A stretch of DNA of 64,000 bases from the NCBI GenBank assembly GCA_034370385.1, contig JAXMKZ010000011.1:165103-229102 (forward strand). Direction: 5' to 3'. The stretch is from Coriobacteriia bacterium (lineage in GTDB: Bacteria > Actinomycetota > Coriobacteriia > Anaerosomatales > PHET01). This document shows positions 36,357 to 44,493 of this stretch, in pieces (the first letter of the stretch is position 1; every line of letters starts with the position of its first letter). The notes under the pieces were generated by a model that saw only the letters and a program-made list of their open reading frames with translations, had not been told where the DNA came from and ran no database searches. A program made the position numbers and the translations under genes.

Positions 36357-37502
36357 CTACTTCACCGTCACCGTGCGCGGAGACGAAACGGTCGCGGCAT
36401 GAAGCGTGTCGGTCGGCACGGACGCCCGCAGTTGGAACGTCCCCTTAGGGAGTTTCAGTGAAGCACTCCACCCCGTCGACGAGTGCCGTGCCGGCACAGC
36501 GCGATAGACGCGCCACCCGGAACCAGACTTGCGAGCGACGAGCACACGGACATGCCCGGAGCCCCGGCTGTGTGCGGGCTTGAGCGCACCGCTCACCGTG
36601 AATGCCTTTCCGAACGTCGCACGCGACGGCGCCTTCGGCGCGGGCAGGTATGCGCGCGGCCACACGGTCATGACGGGGCCGATTCCGTAACCGACCGCAC
36701 TGCCGTCCTGCGTCACGCTCCATGTGCTCTGAATGCGGTAGTCGGTCCGCTTAGCCGGCTTGGCCTGCAACGTGAATGAGCCGTCGGCGGCGGTCTTGGT
36801 CGAGGCGACCCTGGTCCATGTGGTGGAGCCGTACGGTCGCTGCCTGATCTGGACCGCGAACCCGACCATCGGACGACCGGCGACAAGGGCGGTGCCGGTG
36901 GCTGACGCGCTGCCGCCGAACCGGACGATCACCGGAGCCGTGGACATGATGTCGGGCGTCGGCAGCTGAGTCCGGCGCCACACCAACGTGTAGGGACCGG
37001 ATCCATCGAACTGCTGCGCAACGTGTACGTAGAACGTGGCCGTCGACGATCGATCGGAGACGTAGGAGATGCGCTCAACCGCCCCGGTCGCCCCCTCGGA
37101 AGCGCGCAGGATCGGTGTGAACGGCCTGGTGAACGCGACGGACAGACGGCGGGTGCCGGGCGCGATGAGATACAGATCGAAATCCGCATCGGGGGGCGGC
37201 GTCATCGTCGCCTCAAAACGCTCGTTGTAGGCCAGCCGGAACTGGTACACGTCGTCGATGTCCCACAGTGGCACATTGCCCGGGCCGACCGCGGTGGTCT
37301 CGGTGAGGGAGTCACGCACCGTCCCCCCCGAGCCCTGTAGCGCGACTCCGGGGATGTCATCGTCAGCCGCGCGCGCGAACGCCGCGCCGACGCTCAACAC
37401 GATGAACACGATAGCAAGCACGACAACGCGGCTTGTGAAAACGCCTCTTCGCCTCATCAAAACGCAGCCTTCCTCAACGGGGACCGATCGCACGAGCGAC
37501 AT
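36357..37502 (-). CDS. Secreted PPC (pre-peptidase C-terminal)-like domain protein carrying the shared C-terminal modules
   Basis: TM/signal at the N-terminus, DVYQFRL...DFDLYLI PPC-like core, and a C-terminus AFTVSGALKPAH...LHAATVSSPRTVTVK. Its stop abuts the protease start. Confidence 0.6.
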   Translation of the reverse strand: MSLVRSVPVEEGCVLMRRRGVFTSRVVVLAIVFIVLSVGAAFARAADDDIPGVALQGSGGTVRDSLTETTAVGPGNVPLWDIDDVYQFRLAYNERFEATMTPPPDADFDLYLIAPGTRRLSVAFTRPFTPILRASEGATGAVERISYVSDRSSTATFYVHVAQQFDGSGPYTLVWRRTQLPTPDIMSTAPVIVRFGGSASATGTALVAGRPMVGFAVQIRQRPYGSTTWTRVASTKTAADGSFTLQAKPAKRTDYRIQSTWSVTQDGSAVGYGIGPVMTVWPRAYLPAPKAPSRATFGKAFTVSGALKPAHSRGSGHVRVLVARKSGSGWRVYRAVPARHSSTGWSASLKLPKGTFQLRASVPTDTLHAATVSSPRTVTVK

Positions 37503-37523
37503 TCGAGTCGCCCCTTGCCAACG

Positions 37524-37997
37524 CTACTGGGTCAGCAGCACCGGCGCGCCAATACCAAGCGTCACTGAAGCAGAAACCGGTCCTCCGGATTCGCCCTCAG
37601 TCACTGTGACGCTCGATTCGGCGTTTCCCTTACGGAACATCAGGACGGTCTTGCGGCCCGTAGAATCCTGGGCTTCTTCGCCTACCTGCTCCCATTGCCG
37701 CCCTAGGTAGGCAGCGCGGTACCACTGGACAAGATCCTCGAACCCGTTAGGCACTTCCACGACGTAATCCCACGCGTCGTCTCCCTGTGCTTGTGCGCGC
37801 GTGAAGTCTCCCACGGGAACGGGCACCTCGGCCGGGAAGCTCGTCGCTATCGTCGCGCGCTTCGCAGACGGCGTCATCGGCTCGATTGCCAACGGTGCGG
37901 ACGAGCCCGCCGGAACCGGGTTCTCAGGGACACATGCGACGCCAACCGCGCACAGCAGCGCCAGAGCCGCGACGGCTGCGTACCTCAGAAGCCTCAT
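37524..37997 (-). CDS. Putative lipoprotein of unknown function
   Basis: MRLLRYAAVAALALLCAVGVAC signal with a lipobox-like VGVAC. ATGA overlap with the upstream DUF1622 gene. Confidence 0.55.
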   Translation of the reverse strand: MRLLRYAAVAALALLCAVGVACVPENPVPAGSSAPLAIEPMTPSAKRATIATSFPAEVPVPVGDFTRAQAQGDDAWDYVVEVPNGFEDLVQWYRAAYLGRQWEQVGEEAQDSTGRKTVLMFRKGNAESSVTVTEGESGGPVSASVTLGIGAPVLLTQ

Positions 37998-38368
37998 GGT
38001 TTCTCCTCGCACCTACGCTCCGCTGCCGCACGTTGCCACGGCCAACGGCCCTCGATCTCGACCTCAAGCGACCACGAGAGGAAGGTCCGAATGATGACGA
38101 GCGCACCGAGGACGGCCAGGTTCTCAAGTGTGGGCTCCACGGCGATCGTGCGAATCAGGTCGGCAGCGACGAGAATCTCCAGCCCCAGGAGCACGCTGCG
38201 CCCGAAGGTAGCGCGGAATGCTTCGTAGGGCGTGATCGCCGATCCGCGGACACGGTACGCTCGCACGAGTGCGTAGAAGAAGCCCGCGAGGATCACGAGC
38301 ACTCCCGTGACCTCAAACAAGACGGATACCTGCGACATCACTGCCTGTACTTGATCATGCATGCGCAC
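37994..38368 (-). CDS. DUF1622-like small membrane protein
   Basis: LLGLEILVAADLIRTIAVEPTLENL...IIRTFLSWSLEVE is typical of DUF1622. Confidence 0.65.
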   Translation of the reverse strand: MRMHDQVQAVMSQVSVLFEVTGVLVILAGFFYALVRAYRVRGSAITPYEAFRATFGRSVLLGLEILVAADLIRTIAVEPTLENLAVLGALVIIRTFLSWSLEVEIEGRWPWQRAAAERRCEEKP

Positions 38369-38522
38369 CAGTCTACCCCCACAAGGCCGTCAAGCCCCGC
38401 AGTGGGCTCATCGAAGGCAACTGACAGGACCGTCTGGAGCGCTTACCGCCCGAGCACGTGACGGCAGCAGCCGGCACAGGAGCAACCTCTCGGTCGTCCA
38501 ACTCCTCGGAACGAGGCTTCGC

Positions 38523-38933
38523 TCAGTTCTGCGCGTGGCGGACGAAGGTCATCTGCTCGCCGGCCATATCCTTCAGGACCTGAATCCTCGCGAGCGGGTC
38601 CAGTGCGGCCAGTTCGTCGCGCATCCGGCCCTCGGCGGCCAAGATGCGTGAACCCCTCTGGTGCACTGCGCTCCGGCTCACGATGACAAGCCCGAGGGCG
38701 ACAAGCGCAAGAGGCGCCAGCAGTGAGGTCAGTCCCTTGTGTCCTCGAATCACCTGAGTCATGCCCCACGCCACCCCCCCGCTCACAAGGGTCAATCCGG
38801 CCGCCATGGTCACGGCGTCTCCGTCCACTCGATCGCCGAACTCCTCGCGAATCTCATTGGCGCGGGCAAGGAGCGCCTCGCGTCGGGCGAACAGATCATC
38901 TCGTGCTGTCATGATGTCCTCACGCGAGACCAT
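38523..38933 (-). CDS. Hypothetical 2-TM membrane protein
   Basis: High GC3. GGAGG lies 8 nt upstream of ATG 38933. I recognise no family. Confidence 0.5.
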   Translation of the reverse strand: MVSREDIMTARDDLFARREALLARANEIREEFGDRVDGDAVTMAAGLTLVSGGVAWGMTQVIRGHKGLTSLLAPLALVALGLVIVSRSAVHQRGSRILAAEGRMRDELAALDPLARIQVLKDMAGEQMTFVRHAQN

Positions 38934-39054
38934 CACGATCACCTCCAAAGGTTGAGTCCTCCACTGAAGTTCATCCCCCGCCCCAAACCGCACGACTCAC
39001 CCACGTGGATGCGGGCGCTATGCTGTGTGCAGTCACCGAGATTCGGAGCTGCGC

Positions 39055-39285
39055 ATGCCCGACGACGACCCACTCACTCCTGAGCACCATCGCGTACCCG
39101 GTGCCGACATCCTTCGGGAGGACACGTGGGGCGAGAAGCCCGATCAGTGTCCGGGGTGCGGCCAGCCGATCTCCGGCGGACAGGCCCAGTGCCGCACGTG
39201 CGGCCAGTGGCTCGAAACCTGCGCGCGCTCGTGCTCGAGTTGCGCCTCGCCGCGCTGCGTCGGAGGGCTCCGAAGCGAGCGCTGA
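39055..39285 (+). CDS. Small Cys-rich (zinc-ribbon-like) hypothetical protein
   Basis: CPGC...CRTC followed by C..SC.SC..PRC. The codon third-position GC bias is consistent with coding. The start is uncertain (39025 or 39055). Confidence 0.4.
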   Translation: MPDDDPLTPEHHRVPGADILREDTWGEKPDQCPGCGQPISGGQAQCRTCGQWLETCARSCSSCASPRCVGGLRSER

Positions 39286-39289
39286 GCAC

Positions 39290-40099
39290 CTAGCTGCGCT
39301 CAGTCGCCAAGTCGCTCGCGATGAGTGCTCCGAGCATCAGCAGGGCGTGCCCGATGCCCCAGCCGTAGTCGATGACCGAACCCGAGGAGTACAGGTCGTA
39401 CGTCGACAGCCACGAGTATGCGACGTCCGTGATCGCGATGACGACCGTGCCAGCAGCGACCGCCCTCCAGGGCCAGACCAGTCGACCTCCCCCAAGCGAG
39501 GCCATCACCGAAAGTACGAAGACCGCAGGCGCGATCATGAGCAGCACGTCGCCCAGCGGATAGAGCGAAGAGAACAGCATCTCTGCGGTGGACACGCCCG
39601 GCTCGTTCAGGACGAACGGCTTGAGCAGGGCGAAGTACACGATCGCTGCGAGCCCCCCGCCGGTAACGATCGCGATGGTGGCCGGGCGCCGCAGGGGCAC
39701 GAGGCCGCGGAATGCCAGGCCGGCGGTCAGAAGACCCCACGCCACAAACGGATACTCAAGCAGGTAGAACACATCCGGCCAGCCGGGATAGGGAACTTCT
39801 TGCTGCATTCCGACTTCGATGACGGTCCAGATGAAGTCTCCGACGAAATAGCTGAACGTGCCAAGGCCGATGAGCAACCACGGCTTACCCACGCTTCCCA
39901 GCGGGCCGAGACGCACGGCCGCGCGTAGAATGACGGCAGCAGCCAACCCCACCACGAGCGTCTCATGGATGTCGCTGACTGCGACGATCCCGGCCTCTCC
40001 ACCCACCTTCAGCGTCACCAAGATCGCTGCCAGCGCGATGAACGCGATGGTCGACCCGAACAGCACCCACGTGCTTCGGGAGATGATCCGTTGGCTCAT
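39290..40099 (-). CDS. Hypothetical polytopic (about 8 TM) membrane protein
   Basis: Hydrophobic segments throughout. The start is set at ATG 40099 (MSQRIISRS...), which overlaps the stop of the upstream small ORF (ATGA). Confidence 0.6.
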   Translation of the reverse strand: MSQRIISRSTWVLFGSTIAFIALAAILVTLKVGGEAGIVAVSDIHETLVVGLAAAVILRAAVRLGPLGSVGKPWLLIGLGTFSYFVGDFIWTVIEVGMQQEVPYPGWPDVFYLLEYPFVAWGLLTAGLAFRGLVPLRRPATIAIVTGGGLAAIVYFALLKPFVLNEPGVSTAEMLFSSLYPLGDVLLMIAPAVFVLSVMASLGGGRLVWPWRAVAAGTVVIAITDVAYSWLSTYDLYSSGSVIDYGWGIGHALLMLGALIASDLATERS

Positions 40100-40338
40100 C
40101 TCACACCGCCATCCCAGCGGCTGCTTCTGAGCGCCCCGATCGCGTCTTCGATGGCGGCCAATGGGGCCACCGGTTCCAGAAGTCGGCGGATGTTCACCTC
40201 GAGTTCGGGTAGATCCTGCGCGCACAGATCGTCAGAGGTCTTGCCCAGTTTGAGCGCGGTTGCGCGCACGCATGTGTCCGCGACCGTGCACCCAACGTGG
40301 GGCTCAAGCGCGGCCCGGACCTCATCAGCAATTCCCAT
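40096..40338 (-). CDS. Small hypothetical cytoplasmic protein (80 aa)
   Basis: MGIADEVRAALEPHVG... Translationally coupled to the membrane protein and located 46 nt downstream of ppk1. Confidence 0.45.
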   Translation of the reverse strand: MGIADEVRAALEPHVGCTVADTCVRATALKLGKTSDDLCAQDLPELEVNIRRLLEPVAPLAAIEDAIGALRSSRWDGGVR

Positions 40339-40384
40339 CTGTCCCCCCCGGAACCTGGATTCACCCTGATCACCCGCCGCTAGT

Positions 40385-42523
40385 CTACCGCCTCGCAGCA
40401 CCATCCGCTAACCTGCGCTCGGCAACCGACAGGAAGGCGACCTGCGCGTCAACGGGCGCCTCGCCATCGTTCGGCTGACGGAGTGCGTAGGTACCGTCGG
40501 CAGCCAGCTCCCTCGTGTGAGCGTTGTCGGCCAGATAGACGTCAAGAATCGACTTCAGCCGGCGAACGAGCGCGCGGTCGATGATCGGTGCCAGCACCTC
40601 GACCCGACGGTCCATGTTGCGAGTCATGAGGTCCCCGCTCCCGATGAGCACCTCCGGTCTGCCGTTGTTGCGGAACCAGTAGATCCTAGTGTGCTCGAGG
40701 AATCGGCTGACGAGGCTCGTGACCGTGATGTTCTCCGAGACACCCTCGACCCCGGGCTTGAGGGTGCACACCCCCCGCACGAGCAGGTCGATTCTGACAC
40801 CCGCCTGAGAGGCCTCGTAGAGCAGCGGAACCATGCGCCGGTCAACGAGCGAGTTCATCTTGAAGATGATGTGCGCCGGCTTCCCCGCAGCGGCGTTGGC
40901 CATCTCGCGACGGATCCTGCTCTCCATTCCGCTACGCAGTGTGTTCGGCGCAACGAGGAACCGCTCGAACTGTGTATCGGCGGCCCACCCGGTGAGCGAA
41001 TTGAAGAGCTGAGTAGCGTCGTGCCCGACATCCTCGCGGCAGGTGAGCAGGTCCAGATCCGTGTATTGCGAAGAGGTGACCGCGTTGTAGTTGCCGGTTC
41101 CCACGTGCACGTAGCGCCTGATCCGCCGCCCCTCTTTGCGCACGATGAGCGTGACCTTGCTGTGCGTCTTGAGTCCGAGGAGCCCGTACACGACGTGCAC
41201 GCCCGCAGCCTCGAGCATTCTCGCCCATCCGATGTTGCTCTCCTCATCGAAGCGCGCCTTGAGTTCGACGAGCGCTGCGACCTCCTTGCCGTTCTCGGCC
41301 GCCTCGAGAAGCGCCTGCACGACCGGCGCGTCGCGCCCCACCCGATACAGCGTCATCTTTATGGCCAGAACATCGGGGTCGTTGGCGGCCTGGCGCAGCA
41401 AGGCCACGACAGGCTCGAACGATTCAAACGGTCGATGGAGCATTATGTCGTGCTCGCGGATCGCTTCGAACCAGTCGGTGGTCGCGGCCTCGTCGCACCC
41501 TGGCGGAAGGGCGGGCACGAAGGGCTTCTCCTTGAGATCAGGCCGATCGACACGGTAGAGCGCGAAGAGGTCTGAGAATCCGAGCGGCGGGTCGACGACC
41601 ACCATCTCATCCGGTTCGAGTTCGAGGTTCTCGGACAGAATCTGGCGGACGGGCTCAGGCATGTCCTCGTCGACGGTCACTCGGACTACGCTACCGAAAC
41701 GTCGTTTCCGAATGCCTTCTTCGATACTCTCGAGCAGATCGTCCGCCTCAATCTCCTGGATCTCGATCTCGGCGTCACGCGTGATTCGAAACGCGTGCGC
41801 TTCAACGACTTCGTAGCCCGGGAAGAGCGAAGCCAGATGTGTGCAGACGAGATCGTCGATCCAGATGAACCAGTGTCCGTGAGCCCGCCCGGGGCGGCCG
41901 CCCTGCCGGCCCGGCATGGGCACAAGTCGAGGCAAGGACCTGGGAAGCTTGAGGCGCGCAAAGCGTTCTTCACCCTCGGGTGAACGCACGACGATGGCCA
42001 GGTTCAGAGACATGTTCGAGATGTGCGGGAACGGTCGGCCGGGATCGAACGCAAGCGGCGTGAGCGTGGGGAACGCGGTGTCGCGAAAGTACTCGTCGGC
42101 AGCACCTCGCTGAACCGCGTCTAGGTCGCGGTAGCCGACGACGTGGATGTTCTGTGCAGCGAGCTCAGTCCGCAGTGAGCGGTACAGCACACGCCCCCGC
42201 CGCATGAGCTCTACCGCGCGCTCACGTGACGCCGCCAGTTGTTCGGCCGGAGTCATGCCGTCAGCCGAAGTACCGCCTACGCCCGCCTTGACCTGCTGCT
42301 TCAGCCCCCCGATGCGCACCATGTAGAACTCGCCGAGGTTGCTCGACATGATCGCGAGGAACTTGACCCTCTCCAGCAAGGGGTTGCGCTCGTCCTCGGC
42401 TTCCTCGAGTACGCGCTCTTGGAAGGCGAGCAGCGACAACTCGCGATTCAGGAACAGTGACGGGTCATCAAGTCGAACCGCCTCAGGCTCAGGCAGGCCG
42501 CTCTCAGGGCTGTCTATCTTCAT
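40385..42523 (-). CDS. ppk: Polyphosphate kinase 1
   Basis: 712 aa. LNRELSLLAFQERVLEEA N-terminus, the autophosphorylated His region (THSK) and two PLD-like C-terminal domains. Confidence 0.95.
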   Translation of the reverse strand: MKIDSPESGLPEPEAVRLDDPSLFLNRELSLLAFQERVLEEAEDERNPLLERVKFLAIMSSNLGEFYMVRIGGLKQQVKAGVGGTSADGMTPAEQLAASRERAVELMRRGRVLYRSLRTELAAQNIHVVGYRDLDAVQRGAADEYFRDTAFPTLTPLAFDPGRPFPHISNMSLNLAIVVRSPEGEERFARLKLPRSLPRLVPMPGRQGGRPGRAHGHWFIWIDDLVCTHLASLFPGYEVVEAHAFRITRDAEIEIQEIEADDLLESIEEGIRKRRFGSVVRVTVDEDMPEPVRQILSENLELEPDEMVVVDPPLGFSDLFALYRVDRPDLKEKPFVPALPPGCDEAATTDWFEAIREHDIMLHRPFESFEPVVALLRQAANDPDVLAIKMTLYRVGRDAPVVQALLEAAENGKEVAALVELKARFDEESNIGWARMLEAAGVHVVYGLLGLKTHSKVTLIVRKEGRRIRRYVHVGTGNYNAVTSSQYTDLDLLTCREDVGHDATQLFNSLTGWAADTQFERFLVAPNTLRSGMESRIRREMANAAAGKPAHIIFKMNSLVDRRMVPLLYEASQAGVRIDLLVRGVCTLKPGVEGVSENITVTSLVSRFLEHTRIYWFRNNGRPEVLIGSGDLMTRNMDRRVEVLAPIIDRALVRRLKSILDVYLADNAHTRELAADGTYALRQPNDGEAPVDAQVAFLSVAERRLADGAARR

Positions 42524-42641
42524 TGGCTCCCCGCAGGTCCGGCAACCGAACAGGCCCCTCGCATGGTACTCACTTTCGGCAGCTCAGGCACGATTTCACA
42601 TACCTGACACGAGTGCGCCCGCAAGAACCACGCTCAACGTG

Positions 42642-42672
42642 TTGACTCTCACGTAACGTGAGGGTCTAGGCT
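42642..42672 (+). promoter_or_regulatory. MerR/TipA-type promoter: -35 TTGACT, 19-bp spacer containing a perfect dyad, -10 TAGGCT
   Basis: TTGACT-CTCACGTAACGTGAG-GGTC-TAGGCT. The dyad CTCACGT-A-ACGTGAG spans 42648..42662. GGAGGTG and ATG 42696 lie downstream. Confidence 0.6.
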
Positions 42673-42695
42673 GATGCACCGGAGGTGAGTGCGAC

Positions 42696-43351
42696 ATGAC
42701 GCACACGGTAGGACAGGTGGCCAGGCTCGCGCACGTCAGCGTGAGGACGCTCCACCACTACGACGAGATTGGACTGCTCAAGCCTTCGGCGCGCAGCGAT
42801 GCGGGCTATCGGCTGTATACGTTGCACTGCTCCGGCAACGGGACCTCATCGCCGAGCAGGCACTTCGGCTGGAGGCGCTGCTCGCACTCATCGACCGATC
42901 GATAGCAGCAAACGAAGGAGGTATCCGCATGACGAATGAAGAGATGTTCGAGGTGTTCGGCGACTTCGACCCGTCCGAGTACGAGGACGAGACCAGAGAG
43001 CGCTGGGGCGACACGGACGCGTATCGCGAGTCCGCGCGCCGCACCGGGCGCTACACCAAGGATGACTGGGCACGCTTCAAGGCCGAGGGCGAGCATCAGA
43101 TGGCGAGGATGATCGAGCTGTTCGACGCCGGCGCTTCGCCCGACTCGCCCGAGGCGATGGACGCCGCCGAGGCCGCCCGACTGCAGATCGACGCGTGGTT
43201 CTACCCGTGTTCGCGTGAGATGCACTGCGGCCTGGCAGAGATGTACATCGCCGACGCACGCCTTACGGCGCACTACGAAGACCACCGGCAGGGACTCGCG
43301 GTCTGGTTCCACGATGCGATTCTTGCCAACGCGGTACGCGGCGAGGAGTAG
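42696..43351 (+). pseudogene. TipAL-like MerR-family regulator disrupted by an internal deletion and frameshift
   Basis: The HTH (MTHTVGQVARLAHVSVRTLHHYDEIGLLKPSARSDAGYRLY) is in the frame of 42696. The coiled-coil and TipAS part (LLRQRDLIAEQALRLE...FEVFGDFDP...) is in the frame of 42689. The span is 656 nt, not a multiple of 3, and the expected DLxRLQQILFxRELGF segment is missing. Confidence 0.65.
42929..43351 (+). CDS. Stand-alone TipAS-like antibiotic-recognition domain, if translated from the internal start
   Basis: GAAGGAGG lies 7 nt upstream of ATG 42929. The product reads MTNEEMFEVFGDFDPSEYEDETRERWGDTDAYRES... The 140-aa frame is intact. Confidence 0.5.
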   Translation: MTNEEMFEVFGDFDPSEYEDETRERWGDTDAYRESARRTGRYTKDDWARFKAEGEHQMARMIELFDAGASPDSPEAMDAAEAARLQIDAWFYPCSREMHCGLAEMYIADARLTAHYEDHRQGLAVWFHDAILANAVRGEE

Positions 43352-43414
43352 AATGCGACGCACAAGAGGCGAGTGGCTTCAGGCCCGCCGCAACTGCAAC
43401 TGCCAGGAGGTCCG

Positions 43415-44434
43415 ATGCGTCACACGATCCGCATCCTGCTATCTCTAGCTTTCGCCTGCGGGGCGATGGTAGGCAGCGTCGGGACGGCGAGCGCCGAACC
43501 CGTCCGTGCCTCGGCCGGCTACACGATCTCCGGCAGTGTGTATGCCGTGCCCCCGGTCAGGCCGCTCGACGAGGTCGAGGTGGCCCTCTACCAGTCGAAC
43601 GGCGCGGGAGGGTGGAGTCGCGTGAACTGGACGGTGCCGCTCAACGGCGAGTACCAGTTCAACGACGTCCCAGCGGGCGAGTATCGGGTCGGGGTCGAAC
43701 GGCCCGCAAACGCATCCAGCCCGCTGTGGCGCTATCCCCTGCCACTCTTCTGGAGCAACTACGCCTCGACGGTCGAATCGGCCACGACACTCCGTGTCGT
43801 CGGCGATGTGCAGCTCTCGTCCGTGGCGGCCTTCGAGAACTCGCGCGTCTCGGGCACGCTCCGGTCAGAGGTGAACGGCGCTCCCCTGTCTGGTGCGGCC
43901 GTGACACTGTACTGGTTCGCGGGCGCTGAAGCGCCTCGCACCGACACCGTGCTCACGGATCGGTTCGGCGAGTACTCCATCTACGTACCGAGGGGTGATG
44001 CGAACTCGTTCAGCCTGCGGTTCGCCAAGCCGGGCTACGTCACGGAGTTCTACGACGACCGGACCCGCCTCGAAGATACCGAACGACGAAGCGCCGACAC
44101 ATGGGAAGGACTGGGCGGTTGGTTGCGCGCGCGCATCACGGGCGCTGTCGCACCCTCGGTGCGCACGGTGCGCGGACGCGGCACGGTGCGAGTCACGACG
44201 ACCTTGCGTGACGGTCCCACCGGTGCGCCGAAGCCCAACGCGCAGTTCCGTCTCCAGCGCTCGTACAACAACCGCACGTGGAGCAACATCGGAGGCGTGC
44301 TGAAGACCGGTAGCACCGGACGGCATGTCGCGTCCACGACGGTGACCCGCACGACGTACTTCCGCTGCGTGCCGTTGTCTTCGTCGAAGTACCTCGGCGT
44401 GACCTCGTCTTCGGTGAAGGTGAGCAAGCTGTAG
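43415..44434 (+). CDS. Secreted protein with CarboxypepD_reg-like beta-sandwich repeats (paralog A)
   Basis: Signal MRHTIRILLSLAFACGAMVGSVGTASA. Repeats of the type YTISGSV...G.YQFNDVPAGEYRVGVE. C-terminal FRLQRSYNNRTW...RTTYFR module. Confidence 0.7.
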   Translation: MRHTIRILLSLAFACGAMVGSVGTASAEPVRASAGYTISGSVYAVPPVRPLDEVEVALYQSNGAGGWSRVNWTVPLNGEYQFNDVPAGEYRVGVERPANASSPLWRYPLPLFWSNYASTVESATTLRVVGDVQLSSVAAFENSRVSGTLRSEVNGAPLSGAAVTLYWFAGAEAPRTDTVLTDRFGEYSIYVPRGDANSFSLRFAKPGYVTEFYDDRTRLEDTERRSADTWEGLGGWLRARITGAVAPSVRTVRGRGTVRVTTTLRDGPTGAPKPNAQFRLQRSYNNRTWSNIGGVLKTGSTGRHVASTTVTRTTYFRCVPLSSSKYLGVTSSSVKVSKL

Positions 44435-44493
44435 AGAGAGCGGCCCGAGTCGCTCGTGGCCGGCTGCCTATCCACCGCGAACGGGGAGGAACG

